Shown: piece by piece, positions 49,598-63,460 of the stretch | How positions within the stretch are numbered: the stretch's first letter is position 1 | Layout of the letters: the number at the start of each line of letters is the position of its first letter | Source: Octopus vulgaris | Taxonomy: Eukaryota | Length of the DNA: 64,000 bases | NCBI GenBank assembly: GCA_951406725.2 | Contig: OX597823.1 | Location: 80,538,001-80,602,000, forward strand | Reading direction: 5' to 3' | Program-made: the position numbers and the translations under genes | The notes under the pieces: model-generated | The model's input: the letters and a program-made list of their open reading frames with translations, nothing else | Databases searched by the model: none | What the model was told of the DNA's origin: nothing

Positions 49598-49810
49598 GGT
49601 GGTGGGCTGGCAGAATTGTTACCATGTTGGGCAAAATGCTCTGTGGTATTTCGTCTGTCTTTGCGTTTTGAGTTCAAATTCTGCTGAGGTTGACTTTGCT
49701 GTTTATCTTTTTGGGGTCGATAAAATAAGTACTAATTGAGTATTGGGATTGATATAATTGCTTTTTCCCCTCTCAAAATTGCTGGTGTTGTGTCAAAATT
49801 TGAAACCAAT
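49598..49810 (+). mobile_element. SINE family B
   Basis: ggtggtgggctggcagaa head, ggggtcgataaaataagtac body. Confidence 0.8.
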
Positions 49811-50140
49811 ATACAGAAATGAGGTAAAATCAGATAGTAATGACCAGAAATCTGCGAAGTCAGGGTTAAACTTGGGTTACCTAATGAAGGTAACTATATT
49901 TAATCAAAGAATTGTGCCTAATTTTTCATTTGATTTTAAAAAAAAGTACTGCTTTTTGTGACACTGTTTCCTTTCATGAAATTAAGGAACAGTTAGGTTT
50001 TTTTAATTGAGTAACATTAGAGCACAATCTTTTTATGTGTAATAAGAAACAAAATGAAAAAAAAAGGCAGTAGTTAAATGATTAATTAGTTTAATAATTA
50101 ATTAAGATTATGAATTGAATCATGTTGGCTTTTTTTCCAG

Positions 50141-50265
50141 GTTGTCTTCCTCATCAAGTGATCGTCTTAAATTAATCTCACCTGCTCAGACTAAAACATC
50201 TGCTGTGAAACGGACTCCATATACATCATCTACAACAAACTCTGATAATACCGCAGTTATTGCAG
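50141..50265 (+). CDS. MSH4: MSH4 exon 3
   Basis: ttttttccag acceptor, LSSSSSDRLK..NTAVIA, G|gtgag donor. Confidence 0.85.
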
Positions 50266-50929
50266 GTGAGATATTTGCTGTTTATAACTTTTTTCCTGTT
50301 ATTATTAAGTGTTAATTATTTATTTACTGTTTATAATTTCTCAAGTAAATCAACTGAATAATTAATCAAAATTAATTGCTGGTAAGGACACCATATTTCA
50401 TTATGCAACCAAAATATACTATCAAGTATATTGGTTTCAAATTTTAGCACAAGGCCAGCAATTTCAAAGGAAGGGGCTAGTTGATTACATTGACCCCAGT
50501 ACTCAGCTGCTACTTATTTTATCAACTTGAAAAGGATGAAAGGCAAAATTGACCTCGGAATTTGAACTTAGAATGTAAAGATGAATGAAATGCCACTAAG
50601 AATTTTACCTGGTGTGCTAACAATTCTGTCAGCCCACTGCCTTATATACTACCCTTGGTAGAATTATATGTCTTGCTGAGAACATAATGCTGTGACTGTC
50701 TGTGGACTTGGTTTTGTATTATAGCACCAGTGAGCAGTTACACTTGTGTTGCTTTAACCCTTCCAATTCCAGCCCAGCTGAAACCACCTCTGGGTCTATA
50801 GTACAAATGTCTTGTTTTTATAAGTTCTGAATTAAAATCTTCTACTAAACCTTAGTCCCAATTTATGTTCCTAAAGCTAGCTTAATGATAACTAAGTTAT
50901 TTTACTAAATTTTTTGTTATATTTTAAAT

Positions 50930-51175
50930 AATTGAAAGAAACACAGAGCATCTCAAAATAAATATGGTAACGAAAGGGTTAAACTCATCACAGGTCTCAG
51001 AATCTCATGTGTGTGTGTGTCTATATATATGTTTAATTGAAAGAAACACAGAGCATCTCAGAATAAATATGGTAACGAAAGGTTTAAACTTATCACAGGT
51101 CTCAGAATCTCATGTGTGTGTGTGTGTGTGTTTGTCTATATATATGTTTAATTGAAAGAAACACAGAGCATCTCA
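50930..51175 (+). repeat. ~105-115 bp tandem duplication (2.3 copies) of a MITE end plus flank
   Basis: aattgaaagaaacacagagcatctca recurs at 50930, 51035 and 51150. Confidence 0.85.
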
Positions 51176-52861
51176 GCAGAAATACAGTAACATAATGTAA
51201 CTTCTATTATTTGAAGTCTGCTAAGTCCGGGCTAATCTTGGATTAAACAACAACTACTGTAGAGGAATGAAGGTAGACACTGGAACCAGAAGTTGGGGAA
51301 AGTGATGTCTCTCCAAAAGAGGGGCAATCAGAACTGTATCCAGCTTTGCTTCATAGGAATCAGCAGAACTCAGTGATTGTACTTTCACTTGTGTACTATC
51401 CCAGCCTCTGACCAGAAAACTACTCTCCCTAAATGTGCCCCACCTCTTGATGTGAATGTCACTTCCCCTTGCTTCTGGTTCCAATCTCCCTTCATTCCTC
51501 CACAACAACAGTATATACCTAATGAAGATGACTATTTATCCTGAAAATTGTATTTTTCATTTGGTTTTGAAAGAATATTGCTTTTTATGAGACTATTTTC
51601 CCCCATGTAAATCAAGAGAACTCTAGGATTTTGATTGTGTAACATTTTAAAACTGGATTACATTTTACTCCTTATCTATAATCTGGAGCAAAAAAAGGAA
51701 AGGGAAAAAAAAACAAAGGCATTTAATTCTAATTCTGTTTGGAAAAGACACTTGCCCAAAGTTCCACACATTGGAACTGAACCTGGAACCATGTTTCAGA
51801 AGCAAACATCTTATCACACAGCCATGCCTGTACCTGATTTATTTATTTCAATGATAATGTTTATGGAAGCTCTAATACAAACATGTTGGCTTTACTTTAA
51901 GATGTTTTCTTTTTGACTTATGGATTCAAGCCCCACTACTTTGAAATTAATAAATTCCAGTATATTGTTTGCTCTATTCAATCAACTGTCATGCTTGTTC
52001 CTTAAAAAATGGCCTTGTCCATAGTCCAAAAAATTCAATATTTTTATGGTACAAATTAATAATTTTTCATTGTAATACTGCCAATCTGATAAAAACTTTG
52101 ACTGGTGGTGATGGCAGTTGATTTATCTCCTGCTAACAGGAGATAACGAAGAGTGCTTATATGCACTACAAGTCCAAGTGAGAGGTTCTCTCATGGTAAT
52201 TATTGCAGTATTCTGAGTTCTAACACAACATCCACTTTTCAGTGGGGATAAATATTACCCTTTGGTATTAATACGGCTTCTGTTGCTATTAATTATTTTA
52301 TAGGTAGAGGGGCTCTGAAAGGGGTCTCAAGGAGTAGCATCCCTGCCTTCCTGAGCTAGTTTTCCACCACATTTCTTAAAAATTGAGGTAGAGGCCTTGT
52401 TCTCGGGACCACTCATGTCTGGAAACTGAGGTTGGGGATAAGCAAGAGCATGCTCCCTGTAGAAAATCCAGTTCCAAAAAAGCCTCATGGTAGCAAAGGA
52501 GAATGAGCACCAGCCAGCCCAAAGGTTGGGGTGGGCTGCACCTGGCTACCTTGGTTGCTATGGCATTGAGGTAGATTCTGCCACCCCCTTTAATGGGGAC
52601 AAAACCCGGATTTAAAACACTGGATAATGATGATGATGATGATGATGAAAGCATACATATTCAGGGAAAAGTGATCATCAGGGATAAAATTAACTTCACA
52701 TATAGGCAGGGCTGGATTAAGAGCCATATGGGCCCTAAGCACTTAAAAGATTTTGGTGCCCCCTGGAACTAGAACCCCCATTGTTGTAACTGAGGGAGAG
52801 AGCTAGAAGGATATGATTTAACTAATGGAATTTATTTGCTTTTGTAATTTTTTTTTAACAG

Positions 52862-53010
52862 CTATTGTTGAAGGCCGAGGCCTAGCAAAGGGAGAAATTG
52901 GAATGGCTAGTATTGATCTGAAATGCCCAGTGTTAGTACTGTCCCAGTTTTCAGATAGCCAAACCTATGTAAAAGTCATGACTAAACTTCAGATCCTACA
53001 ACCAATTGAG
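52862..53010 (+). CDS. MSH4: MSH4 exon 4 (MutS connector domain start)
   Basis: [44 protein letters not shown]; ag/gtaagc. Confidence 0.95.
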
Positions 53011-53322
53011 GTAAGCTGGGTTACCTTTTGTTATTTTTTTTATCTTTTACTTGTTTCAGTCTCAGGACTGTGGCCATGCTGGGTTGCCACCTTGAAGGGT
53101 GTAGTTGAACAAATTGATCCCAGCATTTATTTTTTTAAGTTTGGTACTTATTCTGTTGGTTTCTTTTGCTGAATTGTTAAATTATGGGGATGTAAACACA
53201 CCAACACCAGTTGTCAAGCTGTTGTGGGGGTGACAAGCTCATATACAAAGACATTTATACACACACACACACACACTCATACATACACACATTTATTTAT
53301 AAATGTATATATGTATGTATAA

Positions 53323-53371
<49 letters not shown>

Positions 53372-53404
53372 TATATGTGCATTATTTGTTTTTGTTGACT
53401 ATGC

Positions 53405-54165
53405 AGTATAGTAGGGTCAGCTGGGCACAGTCTGTGCCCAAAACAGCACCATGACACAATTTACTCTGCCAGAAATTTGGAAACGAATGCTATATTACTT
53501 GGCATTCATGCCAGAAGCTCCCAATACAAACACTACAGTGTTTGGGTGTCGATCTGAGAATATGTACTGAGAGTGATAAAAATCAAGCATCCAGTCAACA
53601 TCATAGTGTTTGGAGTGATCACTAGTGATGGTGACATTATACCTCCAGTCATCTTCCCTCACAGCCTCAGACTCAACACTGAGGCCTACATCAAGTGCTT
53701 GGAAGAGATAGAGTTGTCCTGGGTGAAAAGGGTAGCTGCTGGAAGACCCTGTGTATGGCAACAGGACTCTGCACCATGCCACACAAACAGGAGAACTCAG
53801 TCATGACTGTCAGACAATTTCTGCGACCACATCACCCCTAATTTCTGGCAACCTAACTCCCCAGACTGCAACCACCTTGATTGTTATATATGGGATGCAG
53901 TTGAGTGAAAGACCAACAAAACTACTTGTAACACCAAAGATGAACCGAAGGCAAAGATTATGGCAGCATTCATCAAGGAGAATGTCCATAAAAGTTGCAG
54001 AAGATTCCCGAGTCGTCTAGAGCCCATAGTTGAAGCCAATGGCGATTTTATTGAATGAATTTACTCTTTAGTATTTCAAGATATTTTTATGTAACTTTGG
54101 TAAATATATCTGTTAAAATGAGATGCTAGTGTTATTTTAGATGACAGTATATTCACTACACCCTG
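53405..54165 (+). mobile_element. Tc1/mariner DD37D (maT-type) transposon remnant
   Basis: VFGVITSDG..WQQDSAPCH..PNSPDCNHLD with 37 residues between the last two Asp; ends CACCCTG|TA. Confidence 0.8.
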
Positions 54166-54212
54166 TATATGTATTTTATATGCATATATATTTGTATGTA
54201 TATATGTGTGTG

Positions 54213-54257
<45 letters not shown>

Positions 54258-54974
54258 TGTATGTACTTCAATTCCATTGTTTGAAAAATCAAGTAATGCT
54301 CCACTTTTGTTTGTTAATAAATTTTTATGTAGTTTGAATAACGTCGGTGATAGATGTGTGATATTTTTTGTATTTACTAAGTATATAGTACTATGACAAA
54401 ATAAAGCAAAAGTGAATATGATGGTAGGTGTGCCTAGATGAAAGGCTTCTTTCAGTTTCCCTCTATCAAATCTATTGACAAGGATTTGGTCAATCCAAGG
54501 TTATAGTAGAAGACACTTGCCCAAAGTTCCACACCTTGGGACTGAACCCGGAACCATGTGGCTGGGAAGCAAGCTTTTTACCACACACCCATGCCTGCAC
54601 CTAATTTATTTATTTCAATGATAATGTTTTTGTTTCTTCTCTCTTTTCTTAGTACAGGCATCCCACATTATGGAAGCAGTATGCATCTGAAAAATCTTGC
54701 TGTAACTAAGAATGCCACAGAATTCCTTAATTTGGCAAGATTTTCAGGAATGAAACATTTCTGTAATAGGGGTTATACTTGCTGTTTGTGCGATGTTGAA
54801 TGTTGTTGCTTAGAAATTTACTCAAGAAAAATCAAATATTATCCAATATAAAATTTTATAAAGTTTTTACTCAAAACTATTTGCATATAATATAAATATA
54901 TGAATTTTTTTCCCCAAAATATTGTATTGCATCACTTTTCTATTAATATTTATTTAATCATTTGTTGATATCAG

Positions 54975-55098
54975 ATTGTGATACCAAGTACTGCTTGTGA
55001 AAATGGAAACATGTCTAAACTTTTCCAAGTCATATCTAATAATTTCTCAAACTGTTGTATCTCAACAGTTCAAAGGAAATATTTCAATGAATCCAAAG
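54975..55098 (+). CDS. MSH4: MSH4 exon 5
   Basis: IVIPSTACENGNMSKLF..TVQRKYFNESK; cag/gtaaat. Confidence 0.95.
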
Positions 55099-56925
55099 GT
55101 AAATGTTTATAAAATATCCTCAGAAAATTTTGTTTATGATTGCAAAATGAAAGTTTAACTATTCTCTTATAATTGCTCCTGTAAACTATTTTGAGCAAGG
55201 AACCTCTTCTCTCATGTGTGTGTGTATCCCCAGTCTACCATCTACCCATCCAGTTCCACATCTATTCCTCTGTCCACCCACCCACCCGCCCATCCAACTA
55301 ACCGGCCAGCCAGCCAACCAACCAACTCAGTCTAGACCTGGTAGTTTGAGAAACATCAAGTAATTGAGTCATCATCATCATCGTTTAATGTCCGCTTTCT
55401 ATGCTAGCATGGGTTGGACGATTTGACTGAGGACTGGCAAACCAGATGGCTGCACCAGGCTCAAATTTTGATCTGACAGAGTTTCTACACCTGGATGCCC
55501 TTCCTAATGCCAACCACTCCGAGAGTGTAGTAAGTGCTTTTATGTGCCAGTCAGCTGGTACCGGCAACAGCCACACCCAAATGGTGTTTTATTTTTACGT
55601 GTCACCTGCACACCAGCACAAGTGCCAGTAAGGCGACGCTGGTAACAATCATGCTCAAATGGTGCTTTTTATGTGCCACCGGCACAGACGCCAGTTAGCC
55701 GCTCTGGCAACGATCATGCTCGGATGGTGCTCTTAGTGCTCCACTAGCACAGATGCCAGTTATCGAATTAGAGATTCACTAGTGAGTGTCAAGTCCTATT
55801 GGCTTCCATATAGGTGAGTGCACTACCCACCTTTTACTAAAGCGTAAAAAAGTCTATAAAACAGCTTGTCTTCTAGGAACACCTACAGAAAAAATTAAAC
55901 TTAGTGCTGCAAACTAACAAAACACTTGTCAATTTTTAAGTGTTGCTGCTGATTGTAGATAACTTAGATATACTCTGGCCAAAAACTGGCCCAGGCCCTG
56001 TCTAACTTAGTAGCAAAATATTGTTTCTACTCAGCAGAGTCTACTTACAAGTAAGTGGACTTAGGTGTTTGGGGGTTAAGTGTATGAGCTACAGAGAGCT
56101 TCTTAACTGGTTTTATGCTACCAGTGATCCAAAATAGTTGATATTATTTTGAGGAATCAGCTTGATTCATTAAGTTCCCTCATCTCTTAAGTATTTTGTA
56201 GTAATCTATAATCAATTAAACAAGGTATTTAATGAAGAAACCTTGTCAGGCAGCGACCTGCTCTTGCTGTTACGCAGTAGTTATTTGAAGTTATTGATTT
56301 AGATACATATTGGCTTCAAATTTTGGCACAAGGCCAGCAAGTTAAAAAAAAAAAGATTTTGTTTTTGAAGGTATGTGGCTTAGTGATTAGGGTATTCAGC
56401 TCATGATCATAAGGTGGTATGTTCGATTCCTGGTGGTGTGTTGTGTCCTTGAGCAAGACACTTTATTTCACATTGCTCCGGTCCACTCAGTTGGCAAAAA
56501 TGAATTGGACCTGTTATTCAAATGGCCAGCCTTGTTACATTCTGTGTCATGCTGAATCTACCTGAGAACTACACTAAGGATATGCATGTCTGTGGAGTGC
56601 TCAGCTACTTTCACGTTAATTACACAAAATGGCTGTTCCATTGATTGTCTCATCTGGAATCCTTGTCATCGTACTTGACGGAGCACCAGTCAGTTTTATG
56701 AAACTGGTCAAAATGTCAAATTTATTAAAAGATAAACCAGTAAGTTGATAATTATTTTTTAAGTATTTACTTTCCTCTACCATATCCAAAGTTTTTATGA
56801 ACCTTATATTCATATTCTGATGATATGTAGGTGCTACAATAAGAAATGCCTTTTTAAATAATGATCCTATAACAATATTATTTCATTTAGAAAAACATTT
56901 ATTTAACAAAATATGTTTTCTTAAG

Positions 56926-56992
56926 GGCTCCAGTTTATCAGGCAACTCTGTTTACCAGACTACTGTTCAGTGGAGATGGAAGTGGCTTCAAA
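56926..56992 (+). CDS. MSH4: MSH4 exon 6
   Basis: GLQFIRQLCLPDYCSVEMEVASK; ttttcttaag/gtaaga. Confidence 0.92.
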
Positions 56993-57107
56993 GTAAGACA
57001 ATATTTCATATCATAAATGACAACTTTTTACTGTTTGTTCTAAATTATAATATATATAAATAATCCTCTATTTATCTAATATTTAGGTCTCATTCTTTTG
57101 TTGTCAC

Positions 57108-57203
<96 letters not shown>

Positions 57204-58092
57204 TGTATATATGTATGTATGTATGTATGTGTGTATATGTTTGTGTGTCAGTGTTTGTCCCCCCCACCATCGCTTACAACCAATGTTGGTGTGTTTACAT
57301 CTCCATAATTTAGTGGTTCAGCAAAAGAGACCGGTGGAATAAGTACTAGGCTTACAAAACATAAGTCCTGGGGTTGGTTTGTTTGACTAAATGTGGTACT
57401 CCAGCATGGCTGCAGTCAAATGATTGAAAAGAATAAAAGAACATATATATAAATGTGTGTGTGTGTGTCTGTGTGTGTATATGTATTTGTGTTTTTGTAA
57501 GTCCCTGTCCCAGTGCTTAACAACTAGTATTGGTTTATTTACATCCTCTGAGCTTATCAGATTCAACAAAAAAGAATAAATACTTGACTTAAATGAGCGG
57601 GTTTGATATTTTTTTCTGCTAAACCCTTCAAGGTGGAGCCCCAGTGTAGCTACATTCCAATGACTGAAACAAGCAAAAGATAAAAGACATTTCTTTTATT
57701 TTTACTAACTGACATGGATAATTCAAATTCTGTATCTTAGCATAGGAACTCTTCCTTCTACATAAAGATGCCAACCCAAAATTGTCTCCATCAAATGTGC
57801 TGCATTTGTGCCCTTCCTGAACCCAATTCTCAAATTCCCTTTGTAAACATTCAGACATGCACTGTTGCACCCACCCTTTCACTGTTACATTCATCTTATC
57901 AATATCATCAACCCCTTATCTGTTATGTGTTACCCTTGTCTCTCACCTAGATGTTCTCAAGTTAAATGTTAATCCTCTTCCTATATGGTGTTCTTTGAAG
58001 TAAATTTTATCTTATTGCAAATGTTAATTTTGTCTTGATTAATTTTATGTTGCTTTATCATAAAAGTCTCGATGATCTTTCTCATTCATTAG

Positions 58093-58214
58093 GTACTACT
58101 GCTTAGCCACTGCTTCTGCTTTGCTTAAGTATGTTGAATTCATCCAGAATATTGTTTATGCACCTTCTACTCTGAAAATTATTTTTAGAGGCTGTGAAAA
58201 TACAACAATGATTG
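58093..58214 (+). CDS. MSH4: MSH4 exon 7
   Basis: [40 protein letters not shown]; tag/gttagt. Confidence 0.95.
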
Positions 58215-58859
58215 GTTAGTGGCTTGATTTCCTATTATGAACTTTTTCATTAAAAAAAAACTTAATTATTTATCCGATTTTCTAAGCTCTCCTCACTGCC
58301 TTCCTGCTTTCACAAATTTCTTTATTTTCTGTAGATTACCAATGCAAGCAGTGCTTATATGTGTGTGTGTGTGTGCATGTGATATTTTTAGATGGAATAA
58401 TTAAAGGTTAATTTCTTATGTATAAGCTTTAATTGAAAATTTAGCTGACAGATGAAAATTGTCCAGTAACAGCAGCTGGTGAGAATGTTAGATGAGCCTT
58501 TCTGCCCCTCTGCACATTGTCAATAGCATATACTTAAAAAAGCCACCTGCATACAATGATGAAATCTGTTATTGCTGATGTAGGAAAACTTTGTTTTCCT
58601 AGATATTATCTCTGGATAAATGCCATAGTAAACTTGCGTTTTTGCAATGTATTTACATTAGATATGATATGCAGAAAGCTATTTTTATCTAATTCTGTTT
58701 CTGTTGCATGTAATCAGATATTTCAAAATATATTTTATTTTCCTTCTAGTCGGTTACATGTAGGAATGTACCAAGTTCATATTCTGTTTATTATTTATTA
58801 TAAAATTTACAAAATATTAAATATTTTATAATTACACCCTTATATCCTTTGTATTACAG

Positions 58860-59003
58860 ATGTTACTACAGCAAAGAACTTAGAGCTTGTTCAAAATTTA
58901 AGGGATCCTAAAAGCAGTCACTCATTATTTGGTATACTCAACTATTGCAAAACTCCTGGTGGAGTCCGATTGCTTCGAGCTAATATTCTTCAACCACCTT
59001 CAG
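58860..59003 (+). CDS. MSH4: MSH4 exon 8 (MutS core domain)
   Basis: DVTTAKNLELV..SLFGILNYCKTPGGVRLLRANILQP; cag/gtttat. Confidence 0.95.
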
Positions 59004-59142
59004 GTTTATAAATGATATTTTTCTATATGTGCATTTGAAGATAGTTTGTTGAATTAGGTTATTGCCTTGTTAAAAGAGGAAAAATTATAGCAGATCATCA
59101 TCATCATCATCATCACCACCACTACCAGCAACCGCAGCAGCA

Positions 59143-59475
59143 GTGGAGGCGCAATGGCCCAGTGGTTAGGGCTGTGCACTCGCGGTTTCGATTCCCAGAC
59201 TGGGCGTTGTGTGTGTTTATTGAGCGAAAGCACCTAAAGCTCCACGAGGCTCCGGCAAGGGGTGGTGGCAACCCCTGTTGTACTCTTTCGCTCCAACTTT
59301 CTCTCACTCTTTCTTCCTGTTTCTTGTCCCCGACTTCCTACGCAACCGCTGAGCCTGGATGCGCATTCATCCATCTGTCGATGCTCTCGGTGTCAGGGGG
59401 TGACCTTTTCTTCTGCGGGTCTTACGAATAGCAAAGGACCACGTTTCGGACTTCTCTCACTACAGAGGACCGCTT
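59143..59475 (+). mobile_element. tRNA-SINE family D
   Basis: Near identical to 38541-38900. Confidence 0.85.
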
Positions 59476-60639
59476 TGCTCAACATCAACATCAACAGCAG
59501 CAGCAGCAGCAGCATTTAATGTCCATCTTCCATGCTGACATGGGTTGGACAATCTCACAGGAGTTGGCAAACCAGAGGACTTCTCCAAGCTCCACTGTCT
59601 GTTTTGGTATGTTATTTTTTAATGGTTGGATGCCCTTCCAAATGCCAAGCAGTTTACAGAGTGGATGCCTCTTTCATGGCACCACTACCAGTGAGGTTAT
59701 AACAAAAATCCTTTTAGAGGTAATATTGGAGGAGATGGTTTTGTGCCAGGGGATAGTTTTTGTTTAAACCCAGGTTAACCCTTATGATCTAAAGATGTTT
59801 CAGACAGTACATGTAAAATTATATATCCAATTTGCTCTTACTTTTTTTCTCAAGATAAGGTATAACTTGAGGAAGATTTTACCATTTTTTTATAGTAGGC
59901 CAAGTGATTAAGTAGGAAGAAAATGATTTATGAGAACATAAAGAGAGATCATTAAGCAAATATTCTTCAGGAATCTTAAAATGCTTGGCATTTTAATATT
60001 TAATTAAGGTTTTTGCTGATATTTTTCTGTGAAGCAGGGAATCATTTTGAAAGTTCAGCCTCATCTGGTGTTGGGGAATGGTAAGGCCATCTAGAAATTT
60101 CTTTTATAATATATACATGTCACTCAAGCACACAAGTAAACTTTTATATGGTTTCTTGTCTTACTAGAAATAGCAACCAAATCTCATATAAATTACACCC
60201 ATCAGTTTTATAATATCAATTGAATAATATAGTTCTCCTTATCTTAAGATGAAATTATCATGGCTAGAATGTACTTCATACATAGAATATATGGCCACCA
60301 CCAATTAAAATAGAATACAACAAAAGACAGGTCATTCTGGTTACCATGTGGAAGTCATAGGTGATATTCCACAGGAAACTAACCATTGTTGGATCTACGA
60401 AGACTACTGAAGAGACAGCAGTTTGCAAAAAATAGTTGCCAAATTCCCCTCAAACCACACTTTACTATCTTAAAAAAGGAAGGAGAAATATTGGATAATG
60501 CAGCCCTGGAATGCTTTGAGCATAGGTAGAGAAAATGTGTATTGTTGTTATGGTTACTGCAAAATCTATTTGTCACATATAACATTTGAGAAAAGATTTA
60601 TCAATTTTCCCTCTTGTCCTTTGTTTCATGAATATTTTT

Positions 60640-61018
60640 GGCACGTAAAAAGCACCAACCATTCATGGCCATTGCCAGCCTACCCTGGAACCTGTGCTGG
60701 TGGCACGTAAAACGCACCATCCGTATGTGGCCGATGCCAGAACCTCCTTGACTGGCATCCGTGTCGGTGGCACGTAAAAACCACCAACCAATTGTGGTCG
60801 TTGCCAGCCTCCCCTGGCAGCTGTGCCAGTGGCACATAAAAAGCACCCACTCCACTCACGGAGTGGTTGCTGTTAGGGAGGGAATCCAGCTGTAGAAGCA
60901 CTGCCAGATCAGACTGGAGCCTGGTGCAGCCTCCTGGCTTCCCAGACCCTGGTCGAACCGTCCAACCCATGCTAGCATGGAAAACGGATGTTAAACGATG
61001 ATGATGATGATGATGATG
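60640..61018 (+). mobile_element. SINE-like family C with four internal ggcacgtaaaa repeats
   Basis: Repeated ggcacgtaaaa(a)gcacc units, then the common 3' body and (gat)n. Confidence 0.8.
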
Positions 61019-61331
61019 AAGTCTATTTTCATTTGAAGGTAAAAATAACCATTTCAAATTTTGGCACAAGGGAACAATTCTCAGTGGGAAGGGGAAAATC
61101 AATTGCATCAACCCCAGGGCTCAATTAGTACTTATTGAGCCTGAGAGGGTGAAAGGCAAAATCAACCTTGGTGAAATTTAAACCCAGAATGTAATGAGTG
61201 GAAGAAATTCTGCTAAGCATTTTGTCCAACATCCTAATGGTTCTACCAGTTCACTGCCTTAATTTGAAGATAAAATAGCATATGGTTCATATTATCTAGT
61301 TTCTTATTCATGTACTCATTTTTATTTACAG

Positions 61332-61603
61332 ATATAGAAACTATTACTTTACGTCAAGATGTGGTCTCAGAACTAACTGACAATGAGGACCTCTTTTTTA
61401 ATTTGCAATCTATATTAAAAAGGTTCTTGGATGTTGATCACCTGCTGTCTTTGTGTGTACAAATGCCAAAACAAGAGACAATAAGAACAGCAGAAAGTAA
61501 GATTACAAACATCATTTATCTAAAGCATATCTTAGAAATGCTACCAGCGTTACAAGATGCCCTGAAGGAATCAGATAATACTTTACTGGTTGCATATTCA
61601 AAG
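61332..61603 (+). CDS. MSH4: MSH4 exon 9
   Basis: DIETITLRQDVVSEL..RFLDVDHLLSLCVQMPKQ..AESKITNIIYLKHILE; cag/gtgaga. Confidence 0.95.
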
Positions 61604-63249
61604 GTGAGAAATTTTTTCTCTATAGGTCAACAACTTTGAGGGGAGTGGGAAATTGATTACATCAACTCCAGTACTTGACTGGTCCTTATTTCATTGGCCC
61701 TCATGGGATGAAAATGCAAAGTCAATTTGGACAAAATTTGAATGTAGAGCCAAAATAAATACTATAATGGAGGATTAAGCATCTATACTATACTATAATT
61801 AGGTATGTAACAGTTAGTAATAGTACTTAAAAAAGGCAATTATTAAAGGGTTGACCATCTAGAAATATTTTTATAAATTCATGTTCTGAGAAGTTTCCTA
61901 TAATTTCAATTCCTGAAGTTTATTGAAGTTTTTTACTCCAATTTCTTGCAAATTTAAACATTCATTGCATGTAAAAACATTATTTATTGAATGAAAAATT
62001 TTTAAAATACCTGTATAATTTTTGTAAAAAAAATTTTAAAGTGATTTCGTTGTTATGGCTGTTTGGAACATTAAGTCTTACAATAATAACTATTTGGACC
62101 AATTTTGGGCATTTTCTTTTTTAACTTAAAAACCATGGGTGGAGCCTTTTCAGTAAAAAAAACAAAACAAAACAAATTGTAAATATTTTCAGAGGAAAAG
62201 GTGAACAATTCAAGAAAGGTTTCGCTGTTGTTTCTAGCACAACCCAAACTACCCTCTCTTTTTACTTTCACATATATTGATGTTTTTTTCAATACTTTTC
62301 TCCCATTGAACACATTTTATGGAAAATTTGCTGCATAATTATACAGCAATTACTACAATATTGTGGTTGCACAATATCCATTAAAAAGAGAAAATTTTCT
62401 GCTTTGACAATTGTCCTTTGCAATTTAAAGAAATCTTGAGCAAGTTGAGAGAATTGTGGCACAATGCTACAATTCTTAAGGTGGTCTATGGACAATTCAG
62501 TTGACTCCTATCACTGACTGGTACTTTCTTTATGAACTTATGAAAGATGAAAGGTGAAGTTGACCTAAGCAGGATTTGAACTATACCAATTCTGTCAATG
62601 CCCCCTTCTCCAAGAAGGTAATACTAAAAAAAGTAGATCACACAATGTCCTCACCTTCTGTTAAACTGAATAGGTTGAAGGTGGATTATTTTGTAAACTA
62701 ACACACCAAACACAATCTGAAAATTGATATTTAAAAAGTTGTAATGATTTAGTTTGTTATATAGTTTTACTATTCATTTGCATTTCAAAATTTATATAAC
62801 CAAGAAGCATGAAATTTATGTTAATTGATTCATTAACAGTTGTCTGAGGTTTGCTTCCAAAAGGATATTTAATTTATCTAAATCACTTTATTACTCTTAT
62901 TTAAATCTTTGTCTTTACAGTTCATTAATTATCAATATCAGTATTTTAAAGTTACAGTGGAAGCTGTATATTTTAGTAATAGATAAAGTTATTAAATGGT
63001 TATAGTTATCAAGATTAATGTGTTCTAAACAGAGTAAGAATATTTACTGTTATTCACTGGTTATTCTTTTCTTAAAGAGACTGTCTTAAAGTGATCTAGA
63101 CAATCCACTGTATATGAATTTATTTGACTCTATTATCCATTGTGGTAAATTTTATCTTGTAATTTTAAATTTTAAAATAAACATTTTCTCTTCAATTGCA
63201 TGAGATTTTTTCCACATGAAATTTTGATTTTCAAAAGATATTTTTATCT

Positions 63250-63460
63250 TTTATCTATTTTGAGCCATTGGACTGAGGCCATACTGGTGCACCACTTCGA
63301 AAGATTTTAGTCAAACAAATCAAACCCAGGGCTTATTTTTAAGTCTGTTACATATTCTGTTGGTCTCTTTTGCCAAACCACTAAGTTGAGGTAAACAAAC
63401 CAACATCAGTCGTCAAGTGGTTGGGGAGGGGCAGTTACAAACCCAAAGACACACACACAC
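63250..63460 (-). mobile_element. tRNA-SINE family A tail
   Basis: Reverse complement of the family A 3' half. Confidence 0.65.

Larger units (their letters stand above)
43414..61603 (+). other. MSH4: MSH4 gene span (9 coding exons in window, 397 codons, 3' end beyond window)
   Basis: All GT-AG junctions phase-consistent (1,2,1,0,1,2,1,1,0); exons 4-9 match recalled MSH4 sequence. Confidence 0.93.

Noticed and set aside
60640-60850. Repeat-spacer pattern resembling a CRISPR array
   Set aside because: Eukaryotic context, spacers similar to each other, no cas genes; internal repeats of SINE family C
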